Shown: positions 49,401-60,456 of the stretch, piece after piece
Layout: the number at the start of each line of letters is the position of its first letter
How positions within the stretch are numbered: the first letter of the stretch is position 1
DNA from: Lophium mytilinum
Lineage: Eukaryota
Direction of reading: 5' to 3'
DNA length: 64,000 nt
Assembly: GCA_010093605.1 (NCBI GenBank)
Contig: MU004189.1
Location: 1,371,834 to 1,435,833, forward strand
Program-made: the position numbers and the translations under genes
The notes under the pieces: generated by a model
Database searches by the model: none
Seen by the model: the letters and a program-made list of their open reading frames with translations, nothing else
What the model was told of the DNA's origin: nothing

Positions 49401-51801
49401 AAATTCGAGCGGATGATGCGGAGGGTTGTTGTTCGAAGGAACCGGACGAAGTAGCATGAGGAAGGTTACCTGGTTTGGTACTCAAGGCCCGACGGACGCT
49501 GCCCAGTATCTTCTTCATTCCAGGACTTTGAGCGTACCCAGGTTTCGGTGTGCCATACTGGCCACCGACATCTACGGGTTCCAACTCAGCGTGAGATTTT
49601 GCAGAGTGCAACGTTGCAATGGTCTTGACATCGATATAGGGCGAACTGGGCTGGAAAATAGCACCCCGAACGAGACTGCCGGGTACCTTCAATCCTGATG
49701 AGACGCGTGCATCTTGGCTACTTATTTTGCTAAGAGGCAATGGCGCACGGTGATCTCTCAGTGCGTCCGAGAAACTGCCACTGCGCTTGTGGGCGTGGGA
49801 AGGACGGTTTGCTCGGTTGATCGATACAGAGTATTGAGGGCTAGTGGTCGCATGGGCAGGTACAGGATGGGGGTACAGGGGTAGGTCGGTTCCTGGGTCT
49901 GCTCGGGTTAAGCCCCGCATTGGAATAGAGCATGAGAGAACTTGCATACTGATTTCGCTTTCGGGTGAGAGAGGAACTGGCATCCCATCGTAGTCTTGGG
50001 AGGATACATGAGGCGAAGTGAGAGACTGCTGGGGTAGATGGCGGGGGCTCTTTACCCACTCCATATGCTTGCTGGCAAACTGGTCACTCGGATTGGAGCT
50101 GAAAGTGTCCGTCTTCGCTTTCGATCTGGCAGTCTGCCGAGGGGGCGTTACGGGCGGGGCCGTATCTCGGAACTCTCGCGATCCAATGCGGCCTCCCGGG
50201 AGGAGGTCGTCGTCCGGCATGTCCCTTCCCACTAGCTCGGTCTCTTCCCAATATAACGCGCAGGTTCGCCGCCAGCACTTCTTCAGCTCTCCAATGATTT
50301 TGATGTCTCCCCCTCCACCGTCCTCTCGAATCCGGAGATCCTCGTGAAGGCTGTTCACCAGGTTGCAGAAGTACACTCGCAGTTGGTAGTTCGGGACGAA
50401 ATCATCAACAAAGTAATTCAGTATCCAATGTCGGAGGGCTACAAACGTCCGAACGCGCACAATGCGGCCAAAGTCGTCCTGTCGGTTTACAGCCCATCGC
50501 AATCGCGCAAGCAGGTAGGCAACCAAGTCACGGGCCGATAGAAATGACCGAAAGGTTAGGAAGAAGTCGGAAAGGAGTTCGTAATCCAAGAAGCTGGGAG
50601 AGGTGATGTGCGCTATCAGTCTTGACGGGGTTGCGGCTAATATATCGCCAGTCGGGGAGAATCTCACTACCGCGTTGTCGTCTGGATTGAGCGTCAGGGC
50701 ATCGTATATCTGAGGCCCAATTGGGACCTTTGATACACGCGCGGATGACGGTGCAGTAGCAGGTTGCAGAGGATCCTTGGCCATTGTCGTCCGATGTGGT
50801 ACGGGAGTCGGAGGGAATGCTTCGGAGTGGCGGCGGGATATAAAAGACGGAAACGGATTGTCGTCCACGCGGGTGGTGTTCGAAAACATCGAGGAGTGGG
50901 GGTGGTACTCTTCACCCGAGGCCTTGGTGTATACGGAGCTGCGCAGTATGGCAGTCCCCCTCGCACTGAAGCGCGGAGTCCCCAGCCTGTAGTGGGGAAT
51001 TGGGACCTGCAGAACGGGCAGCGAGCCGGTGTCTGCTGTCTTTGGGCGGCGCGTGGAGGGGCGCTCTATGACAATCTTGAAGGTGCCGTGCGGGTCGGCA
51101 TTGAGCGAGGCCGTGTGGTCATCGGCGGTCGAGAAGGAGCGCGATCGGACGTGTTGAATAGGTTTTGAAGGCGTTCTGGCGTGCTGGGTGTTGTCAAAGT
51201 TCACATCTCGGGGTATTGGCGGGGGCGCCTCGTCGCGGGCTGTGGGCGTGCGCGAGCCCGAGTTGCTCTGGAAGCCTTGCTGCAGGTCGAGGTGAAGACT
51301 GTCAGGCGGTGTCTGGGGCGGAAAGACGAAAGGGTCGGGCTGGGGACGCGAGCGCTGAGCGGCGGGCCTCACGACAGGTCTGTGGTGTTGAGGTCAGTCT
51401 TCGTTCTCGTCGCTGTCTCCCGCTGCCAATCCTTCGACTCTTTCGCAGCGGACTACTGCACGATGCCCCGACCATATCCAATACGAACACGCGATGCAGG
51501 TCACTCACCTCAGGTAGATTAGGCCGTTGTGCACGTTCCCGACGGTGAATGAGCGGCCAGCGGACGGGCTCTGATTATCCGGGACGCTGCTGTTGCTCTG
51601 GCCGCGAGTCCTCGTACGGCGCAACTCTTCCTGGGAGTTCTTCACGCGGCGGAGCGACTGTCTGCGGCGGCGGTCGTCGCCCTGGCGGCGTTTGGCGCTA
51701 TAGGCCCTCTTGGGGACTGCTGGGACAGCATGCTGGCCGGTTTCCAGGTGCATGGCTGGGGAGCCTGGACGGGCAGCAGGAGGAGGGCCATTGCGGTCCA
51801 T
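46494..51801 (-). CDS. LTE1: Lte1-like RasGEF (N-terminal REM domain, long low-complexity linker, C-terminal CDC25-type domain)
   Basis: REM domain DYELLSDFFLTFR..VRTFVALRHWILNYF; GEF domain LAQQFTVIEKDAL..EIDWKEL, RNYATMYQI, GCIPFIG. Introns 51380-51508 and about 46749-46805. The start is uncertain, as the frame is open up to a GTG at 51960. Confidence 0.85.
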
Positions 51802-53087
51802 CACTCGCTCTGGCGCGGCGGGGCGGAGGCGGAGGGAACGTCGCGATGCAAGAGCATCGTCAACTGAGGTCTGGCAGCAGGAGAGGGATTGGGAAACAGA
51901 CGTTGATGCAGGTGGCACAGAGGACTCAGCAACATTGCTTCTGCTACCCTCGCCCTCCACCCCCAGGGCCCAGATGTTCGCAGCCTAGCCCCAGAGCAAC
52001 ACGAGCCCACTCCCGACCAAGCGGTTGAAATTCAATTTCGGCTCGCTGAGTGGCCGCCCCAAAGCCACAGCAAACATGTCGGATGTGCACTGCTGATCCC
52101 ATTGGGCGCGCGGAGGGTCGCCCAACGCCCCCGGCTGCACTCGCCTCGAAGCAGCCCGAGGTTCCGGCCTTGCTGCCTCATCCATCGGCGCCCTCGCCGC
52201 CCCAAATCGATCTCCCAAGGCCTCCCTGGCCAGTTCCCACCCGGGCCAGGGCCTGCCATCGAGCGTGGAGACAGCGGCGTGGTGTTGCGGGGACTCTCCT
52301 CTCCTCCCATGGCCGCATCGCCGCGTGCAGGCCTCGCCGTATCTCATCGCGCTTGGGCAGCTGCATGAACAGCTCCAGTAGCAGCCGGATCGTGAGGCGA
52401 ACGGCAGAACGGGTCGGATGGTCGGGATGCAGAGCGGCCCACGCGAGCGGCCACGAGGAGTGACGCAGGACTCAGAAGCAGGGCGGACTCAACACCACGT
52501 CCACCCTGTTCGCCTCTGCGAACTCCATGCACGCCCGTTTAAACTTTGCCTGCCGTCTCAGCCTAGTGTGGTACCCGTTGACCCTCACCCTCCGCCCGTT
52601 GGAGTGTGGCTGGCTGAAGAGATCCCCCGGAGCTGTCACCGGAATCTTACTCATGCTTTCAAGACTCGCGGGAATGACGTTCTGCTGGAGTTTTGACTCG
52701 CCTGGCTTGGGATACCATGACTTTATTAATGGTGATATAATTGTAGCATGCATTCCTTTGGATCCTTCTTTTCTGGTCAGCCTCATGCTTCATCCTTTTG
52801 CTGCATTGGATACCGAAACGAATGACATCTCCCTGCTCTATATTCTACGAAAACGTTCCTCGTATTCTACATTTATATTCTCAGTCACTTATGTCTTCAA
52901 TTTAAAGGTCTTCGGTTTAAAGGCCCCCGCTATCGACGTGTAAGGGCGAGATATTGTCATGGGTGCTCATGATCCTTGATTTCGACCGTGAGGCGAACAT
53001 CGCAAAAGACGGGAATGGATACTGAGAGTAATGTAATGGATTTAAAGAAAAAATTTAGTGTCTAAAATTTTATCAAATGCCCCAAGC

Positions 53088-54533
53088 CTATTCATTCAGA
53101 ATACACCACACTGTCTCCTCAGAAGCCGTTTCCTCCTTACTCTGCTCTGCACCGCCCTCCGCAATGCTCTCCTTCGCAGCCCTCTCCTCCGCAGCCTTCT
53201 CCTCCACGGCCTTCTCCTCCGCAGCCTTCTCCTTTGCAGCCCTCTCTGCACGCTTCAATTCTCCCCCCTTCTTAGCTGTCTTATACCACCACTCAACAAC
53301 AAACTCAATCTCGCCCAGCTTCACACAATCCAATCTCCCCTTCAACCTCTTCCCTCTCGCCGAGTCCTGACGACGTGTCTTCATCGCCGACTTCACCCCC
53401 TTCAACTCATCGGCCGCTTCTAGCAAACACGGATACAGCATCGAGCTTCCTCTCAGCCGTTGAGCTTTCACTTCATCTCTCAGCTTTACCGCCTGAGCTT
53501 TCGTTTCCTTGGACTTGTCAACGATCTTATCCCATTCCTTCCATATAGTGGGAACACTTTTTGCTGTGCGGCCATCGCCGTAGGCGCAGCGAAAATCTGC
53601 CAGCAAGTCTAGTGCTTGCTTGATTGATATAAAGACCGTGAGCGCCCTGTCGTGGGCCGTCCTTAGTCTAGACTCGCCATCTGTAGCAACTCCGCCAATG
53701 AACTCTTCGGTGTCATCTGCAATTCTACTCCTGCCTTGTTCGGCCTCCGCAGACAAAAACACAGACGCCAAACCCGTCGCATCATATACTCTAATCATCC
53801 CCTCAAGCTCCGCAATCAACCCCTTCGATCCCGCGAAAGGGTTCGCCTGGGTCGTCTTCGCGTCGTTACGAAATAGCGGGTGTGCGGGCATCGACTCCTG
53901 GCTCAAATGGGTATTCATAGTCGAACTGCGTGTCCGGCCTCTTATCGGCGGCACGTCCAGCAACCCGCCATGTTTCGCCCTCAACCCCCCCTCAAGCTCC
54001 GCAATCAACCCCTTCGATCCCGCGAAAGGGTTCGCCGCAGCTGTCTTCGCTTCGTCGCGAAACAGAGGGTGTGCGGGCATCGACTCCTGGCTTAAATGGG
54101 TGTTCATAGTCGAGCTGCGCGTCCGGCCTCGCACCGGCGGCACGTCAAGAAGCCCTCCATGTTTCGACAACCGGAACGCTTGAGGGGTTCGGACGGAGGG
54201 TGGGCGTGAAGGTTTGAGGGCAGGCGAGAGAAGGGTGGGAGAGGGTAAGGGAGAAGGGATTTTGGGTCTGCGGGGGCGCCGGCGGACGGAGTGGCTGGGG
54301 GTGGTGCCGAAGAAGATGCCCATTCTGGAGGGTGTGAAGAGGTTTGTGTGTTGAGTGTGATGAGAATTATGGTAAGGGAAGGTAGGTATGACGCGGGTAA
54401 CAGGCTTTGGTGTGGCAGCTTGAGTGAGGGTCACGACGATGGGGATGCTGGCGATGTGGTAGTGACGTGGTTGAGTCATGCGGAGGTGTGAGTGTGAAGG
54501 TGGCATTGCGACCTCGACACACATCGTCAACAT
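53088..54533 (-). CDS. Hypothetical protein with an internal 63-aa duplication and EEKAA repeats (start may be ATG 54323)
   Basis: 481-aa ORF; differences between the duplicated segments are mostly synonymous in this frame. Confidence 0.65.
   Translation of the reverse strand: MLTMCVEVAMPPSHSHLRMTQPRHYHIASIPIVVTLTQAATPKPVTRVIPTFPYHNSHHTQHTNLFTPSRMGIFFGTTPSHSVRRRPRRPKIPSPLPSPTLLSPALKPSRPPSVRTPQAFRLSKHGGLLDVPPVRGRTRSSTMNTHLSQESMPAHPLFRDEAKTAAANPFAGSKGLIAELEGGLRAKHGGLLDVPPIRGRTRSSTMNTHLSQESMPAHPLFRNDAKTTQANPFAGSKGLIAELEGMIRVYDATGLASVFLSAEAEQGRSRIADDTEEFIGGVATDGESRLRTAHDRALTVFISIKQALDLLADFRCAYGDGRTAKSVPTIWKEWDKIVDKSKETKAQAVKLRDEVKAQRLRGSSMLYPCLLEAADELKGVKSAMKTRRQDSARGKRLKGRLDCVKLGEIEFVVEWWYKTAKKGGELKRAERAAKEKAAEEKAVEEKAAEERAAKESIAEGGAEQSKEETASEETVWCILNE
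53177..53250. repeat. 15-bp tandem repeat (about 5 units) encoding EEKAA-like pentapeptides
   Basis: GCAGCCTTCTCCTCC-like units in tandem. Confidence 0.8.
53799..54164. repeat. Two-copy tandem duplication with a 189-bp period
   Basis: 53799-53975 and 53988-54164 are near-identical (KHGGLLDVPP...GLIAELEG twice). Confidence 0.95.
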
Positions 54534-54721
54534 GGTGGATGGTGTGACGAAAGACTACAGCGGTTCCTTGGATTTAGTGGCAATACTCGCCAAAGATACG
54601 AAGAGACGAGATATCTTCCTTCACCTCTCAACCCCCCAAATCATACGACCAGATCCCATCCCCTTACTCCGTTACAAACATCCCTTCTACCTTATCTCTA
54701 GCCCTCTAAACCCCTAAACCC

Positions 54722-55951
54722 TTAACCCCCCAAACCCCCCATCCTCCTCAAGAACTCCTCCAACGCCCCCCTCACCCCTCCCTCTCCTAAATCCCCTCCT
54801 CCGTCTATCCTTCCCACAAACCACTTCACCACCCCACCCGCCTCTACAAGCTCATACACCACCTCCCACGCCTCATACAACGCCTCCAACGACACCGGCG
54901 TGCTCGTCCCCGGGCCCGTCGGGTACCGCAGCCCCCTCTCCTGCTCCTGCAGGTCTGCAGGTATGTGATCCAGGAGACTCGTATGGAAAGGGAAGCCTAC
55001 GGCGTGCCGACGGCGGAGCTGCGTATCCAACCACGCGCCCTTCTTCTCCGCTTGCACGGCGAGGGCGTGGATGTGGGGATGGGGATTGGTTGGTAGCATC
55101 CGCGGTTCGACGCCGCAGGAGGGGGGAGCGGGCTGGGTAGAGAGGGTTAGATGGGCGGACGGAACGAGGGCGGGAAGGGAGGCCTGAGGGTTTGGAGATG
55201 GGATGGGGTGGGCAGACTCGAGGAGGAGGGTTAGGAAGGTGGTGAGGCGGGAGAGGGAGCGTACGAAGCGGTGGGCGCGGGGTTCGACGAAGGGGTTGGT
55301 GTTGAGGTAGCGGCGGGTGTTTGGGGGAGGGGGGTGGAAGGGGGGTGGGGTGAAAGTGGGTCTTGTGGAGGTGAGGGGTGGGCTGGTAGAGGGAGAAGGC
55401 GATGGGGTTGAAAGAGATGTAGGTGATAGAGATGATAGAATTGACGACGAAAGAAATGGTAAACAGGTCTCGTCTGTTTGCGTCGAGGCATCGATGTATA
55501 TACGCGAAGCCGGCTCCGTTGAGTCGTAGTCGATCTTCGACTGCATCAGACACGGGGCATCAGGTTCTTCAGCTGGTATGTTGAGTAGGGGATGATACCA
55601 AAAGCCACACTCTTCTGGTTCAGGTTTCTTGGAGTTGGGAGAGCTGTCTAGTTCGTCTGCGGAAGCTATCAAGGTGTCGAGCAATCGACCAAGGGATTCT
55701 TCTTCGCTCAGCTCAGTCCCTGGAGAAGTTATCACGACTGTTGTTACGGGAAAGGGATCCCAAGTAAAGGCGGTGAGAATGACTTTCGGGCTTGAGTCGC
55801 TCGAGGAGGATGACGAAGTATTCGATAAGGACTCTTTTGATAAATCCGAGCCATCGGAATCCTCGCAGTCCTCCGACTCGTAATCCTCCGACTCGTCTCC
55901 TAATGACTGGCGAATCGCATTCATCTCATGCCGAGATATCTCGTCGCTCAT
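54722..55951 (-). CDS. Hypothetical protein with an acidic/Ser-rich N-terminus and Pro-rich middle
   Basis: 409-aa ATG-initiated ORF; no family recognised. Confidence 0.55.
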   Translation of the reverse strand: MSDEISRHEMNAIRQSLGDESEDYESEDCEDSDGSDLSKESLSNTSSSSSSDSSPKVILTAFTWDPFPVTTVVITSPGTELSEEESLGRLLDTLIASADELDSSPNSKKPEPEECGFWYHPLLNIPAEEPDAPCLMQSKIDYDSTEPASRIYIDASTQTDETCLPFLSSSILSSLSPTSLSTPSPSPSTSPPLTSTRPTFTPPPFHPPPPNTRRYLNTNPFVEPRAHRFVRSLSRLTTFLTLLLESAHPIPSPNPQASLPALVPSAHLTLSTQPAPPSCGVEPRMLPTNPHPHIHALAVQAEKKGAWLDTQLRRRHAVGFPFHTSLLDHIPADLQEQERGLRYPTGPGTSTPVSLEALYEAWEVVYELVEAGGVVKWFVGRIDGGGDLGEGGVRGALEEFLRRMGGLGG

Positions 55952-56386
55952 TTTGAACCTTACAGTTGTAGACTTGTCTGGAAATTTGCCAAGGTTTATT
56001 GTGGTAATCTGTTGTAACTCAGCAGCGGATGTGCGATGTGATGCCGATTGCGGGTAGCACGTTAGTTATATATGCTCGATCTTATGCATTGTGCTCTAAG
56101 CCGCGAGATAAAAGAGCGAAGAATTAGAGGGTATAGAATAACAGCGAAACAAGGCATTGTAGCGACACGGCTGCACATGGCCATTGTTGCATAATGAAAC
56201 TGCCCAAAGATGTTTCCTGAAACAACGGCAGAGTGGGAGCTGTTGTTATCGAGATTGTTCTGAATGAGGTTGGATATGAAGCTCTAAATAAATGGGAAAC
56301 AATAAGAGTGAAAGAAAGAAGAGGAATAATGCTGAGTTGCTGCGTACGCTTTCGAACATTTCACCCTAGCCCCACGTATACCGGCT

Positions 56387-57832
56387 CTAGTACGGATAAG
56401 ATCGCACGTCGTCCTCCTTCTCCATGTCGAGCCCATTTGCGATCTGCTCTTCATGCTTGCGGTCGAGATACTCAAGCAACACATCCTGGTATCGTTCCTT
56501 ACCCTTATACTTCGACACGTCGTCGCCCCAGCTCCGGACAGCAGATGCGAGTCGGCCCGGCACATAAGGTTCCTCGCAGACCTCAGTAATAGGATGGAAG
56601 TACGTCCGGATTGTGAACACAACACCACCAGATCTCGGAAGCCTACTACGTGTCAGAAAGTTCCACCACTGACAGAAAACCCAAGGAAGACTCACCTCCT
56701 CAAACTCTGCCTCTCGCTCCTAAACCAATGATGCTCGATCGCCTTATTTTTCTCCGCCGTAAACCACCCAATCCCCTCCGCGTCCTCGCCCCCAATACTC
56801 GAACTCCACGCTAGCTCATCATCCACTTGAATGAAGTAGTTGTTCCGCAATGTTGCCTTATCCGGCTGCACCCTTTTGAAGAAATTCAGCATGCCCTTCT
56901 CCAGCTTCTCCTTGTACTGCGGCACATCCCCACTTGTGTGGATCTCAGAGAGCGGCATCCCAAGCTTATCTTCCAACCGCCAGAACCCTGCTAAAAGGAT
57001 CGCACCGGCCAAGAGGTAGTACTGCCCATCCGGCCGCTCGAACATAATCGCGAGATCATCCTGCACAAGGCGGGCAGACATCTGCATCGGATCTTCCTTC
57101 AACGGCCTCTGCACGACGTTGAAGGTTTCGCCGGTCTCTAGGTTATCCAGCCCGACGTCCGTCTTGCGGTACAAGCTTGGGTAGCGCTGAGGTAGGTAGT
57201 CGCAGAGCTCCTCGAGGAGCTCGACAGCACCATCGAAGACCTCTGGCGCGGTGTAGCAGCACTTGGTGCCGCGCTCGGCGATTCGCTCAGCTTTGAGGGC
57301 GTGGAATTTCGGGTAGTGGTTGTCGAGCTCGATCCACTCGTCCCAGTGCATGTTGCGCAGGCCCATGTTGACGTTGTATTTGGGGCCGTAGCGGAAGGGG
57401 CGGTAGGGGAGGGGCTTGGTGGCTGTGAGGGACCAGTCGGGGTAGGGGGCGGCGGCGGGGCGTTTGAATGGCTGGGGGATCCATACTGAATGAAAGTTAT
57501 GAGTGAGTTTGAGTTTTGATAAATTGAAGGTGAAGGGCACGTGATATAGTTTTGACGGAGATATAAGCATTCTTACCTCCGGGTTCTCTCGCAGCGGCCT
57601 TGAACTTAGACGAGGGTTTCTCGAGATCGGGAGTCCGTGGCCGCGTGGGTACTCTCCGGGCGCGGAATCGGCGTAAGGCTAGTGTAGATGCCCAGATAGC
57701 GGTCAGGAGAGTCAGGAGACCATAAAGGAATGGTTTCGGATCTGTCGTTATCCGTTGTTGCACATGAATGGCGGTCGCCTTGACATGTTCTGGGTGACAG
57801 TTATGCCGTGCCCAGAGCTTGACGTTGTCCAT
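56387..57832 (-). CDS. DUF3445 family protein (heme-dependent oxidative N-demethylase alpha-subunit-like); 3 exons
   Basis: PLPYRPFRYG, MGLR, WIELD, LVQDDLAIM, KLGMPLSEIH..VP, RNNYFIQ, RSERQSLRRLPRSG.VVFTIRTY; N-terminal TM segment. Confidence 0.88.
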
Positions 57833-58308
57833 AATAGCGACTGTACGAAGTGTGGATAAGAAGAGAAAATGAAAGCACTCGAGTACTAGAGAGTTCAGGA
57901 AGGTCGAGACTATGCGACGGGGACGAGAGGATTGTTTGTGATAGTCACTGCCATGAAGTATCAGGAAGTAGAGTACGTTGATAATAAAGGACGTGGAGGT
58001 TGAGGAAACAAAAGCAATGACTCGAGAAGAACATGATATATCTTGGCTATCGACAATGCCCCAGCATCCAATGTTCTTGGGCCAACTCGAATAGGTCTGT
58101 GAATGCCGCTAGATAACATTGCATTTGCAGGCTAGCGAGAGACTGTGGGGTGGAGGGAGTTGTCCCGCACTACATCACTGGTTATCGCACCGGGGGCACT
58201 GGGATAAAGTTGCCCAACCGGGTTTAGCGTAAATCGAGGCTCTCTCAATTTTGCCTCGCAAGTCTATTCGATGGAGGGATCTTACGATATTGTTGAGACC
58301 CCTTTCAG

Positions 58309-60240
58309 CTACGGTATATCTTGGCTTTTTCTGATTTTGCGACGCAAAAGACAGTATTGACCCCACTTCCTGCGGTGCCGCTCTGGAATAATGGGCAAGT
58401 CTGGGACCCACAACAGACGACCAAGCGTGCTAGTTTTAGCGGTATCGAGGAAAGAGTCGCATGATACTTTTTCCCAGTTGTCTGTATCAAGAACATATGC
58501 CGGCTCGTGCTCGGTAGGTGTTGTACCGGGAAAATGTGCATCCACCAAAAATGTGCAGCGGTTAACATCGATCTGCGGGCATTAGTTCTGGATCACGATC
58601 CTGTCGCCATCTTGCTACTCACATATTTTGACAAGTCTTCTCTATTCTCATCGTTCATCCCGGAAGGGATTAGCCAGGCACCAGGATAGAGCCCAAACCC
58701 GACGCTCGCCTCGCTGAATTCCCCTGGGAGAAGGCCGGAGAATTCGCTTTTGATGAACTTTGCTTTGACGTTGTTTGGCAGATGGTACGAAGATGGGAAC
58801 CGATACCATTCTTTGCCGAGGCACACAGTATCCCCTGCAAGAGCCATTCCTGGTCGTTGGAGTGGTTTGTATACCTTCAGGGGCGCGGAGTACGCAGTGA
58901 GCATACCAATAGTTCTCAATCCACCAAAATCTATCGCCCCAAGCACTATGGCGCTCACAAGGGCTAGTTTGAGCCATGCTGGGATCTTGCTGGCCAAGCC
59001 CCTTGGATTAGAGGATCCGAAGTAAGCCAGTAGGATATGTAGTGACATCGCTGCGTTCAAAGCGAGTGCTGGGTATGCAGGGTACATGAACCGCTCTTCC
59101 TTGTGAGGTTGCAGTATGAAGATACCTAACCACAAGTAAAACGGTGACACGAAGACCAAACCTCGGAGGTTGTTTTGTCGGCGGAAGAAGTGCTGGAAGA
59201 GAAGTAGAGGCATCGCGCATAGGGCAAATATGAACCATATATTGAAGTTGAGAATGAGGTTGCGGACGTAGAAGTGCCATGGCTCCGTACCGTAGATGTC
59301 AGGGCCTTTCCCCGAACCGCTGAAGACGTTGTACCAGACAATGTTAAAGGGCACAAATGCAAGCTTTCGCATGAAGACGGAATCAATGCAAATTTGGATA
59401 ATCTGTGAGATGTAAGCGGGGCAAGTCCTCACAGGTATGCTTGGAGGTCCATACAAGTACAATGAAGGACCTTGCTGTCCCATCTAGCACGCGTAGAAAC
59501 GCATCCCAGATCTGTCCTGTGACGCCAGCCAGTATGGCTTCTTCAACAAGAAATGGTAACACCAATGCAGTCGAAAATGGCCATCCAATCAAACCGCCAA
59601 ACGCAAACCAGAATATCCCTTCAGCTGTTCGAAGCCCGCCACGCCAGTCCATGAAAGCCGAGAACCCTAACATAGTCGTGTACATGGCGAAGCTAGATGG
59701 GAGGTATGCAGCGGAGGCATGGAACATACCCGGACTGAACGCCATGATCATAAGGAAGAACATGGCGACTCGGGGATTTATGGTTCGCGAGATGGTGGAG
59801 CAAAGGCGGGTTTCGCAGAGGGCACAGACAAGGGCCAGGGCAATGCGAAGAATGTAGAACTCGGTGTATTTCGAACTAAATGGTACCATCTTCCAGATCC
59901 CAATTACGCTGGCGTGTATGCCCGCATAGGTCCAGCTCCGAATGGCGTATTCGGGGGAGTATTCCCATGTCTGCAGGCCGGAGCCATGGTTCAGATAATG
60001 TGTAGGCTCCCAGTAGTTGAAGACCTCATCACAGTCTTGTATGGGCGCATAGAGGGCGGCGATCAAGTGAGAGGCAAAGAAGACGTAGAATGCTGTCATG
60101 GGTTCGAGAGAAGGTCCTCTGTCGTCTTACTTAGCTGACATTTGGCTTCAATCTTGCTTGCAAACTTACGGCGGTTTAGTAGAGCCTGTGCGCGGTGCCT
60201 GTGGAGCTCGCACGACCCTTTGACTAGCTTTCGGAGGCAT
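58309..60240 (-). CDS. ALG9: Alpha-1,2-mannosyltransferase (GT22); multi-exon
   Basis: IQDCDEVFNYWEPTHY, QTWEYSPEYAIRSW, LPSSFAMY, GPDIYGTEPW, QPHKEERFMYPAYP, CLGKEWYRFPSSY. Confidence 0.95.
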
Positions 60241-60456
60241 GGCGAAGCTGTTGGACGAAGTGACGGAGGCGTGAATTGAACCTCAAGTTCTTGGCATCGA
60301 AGTGTACATAAGGCTAGCTTACCTAATCGGGACTAGCTCCATGTTTTGTGCATTAGGTACTCTCCATAAGTTTTCTAACCCTCCCCGTCTTCCAACCAGC
60401 CATCGCTTCACCTGTTGCATCAACAGCACAGAGCATCCTCACTCTACATCCTAAGC
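60241..60456. promoter_or_regulatory. Probable compact bidirectional promoter between ALG9 and NAF1
   Basis: Only 216 bp separates the divergent ATGs (60240 and 60457). Confidence 0.55.
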
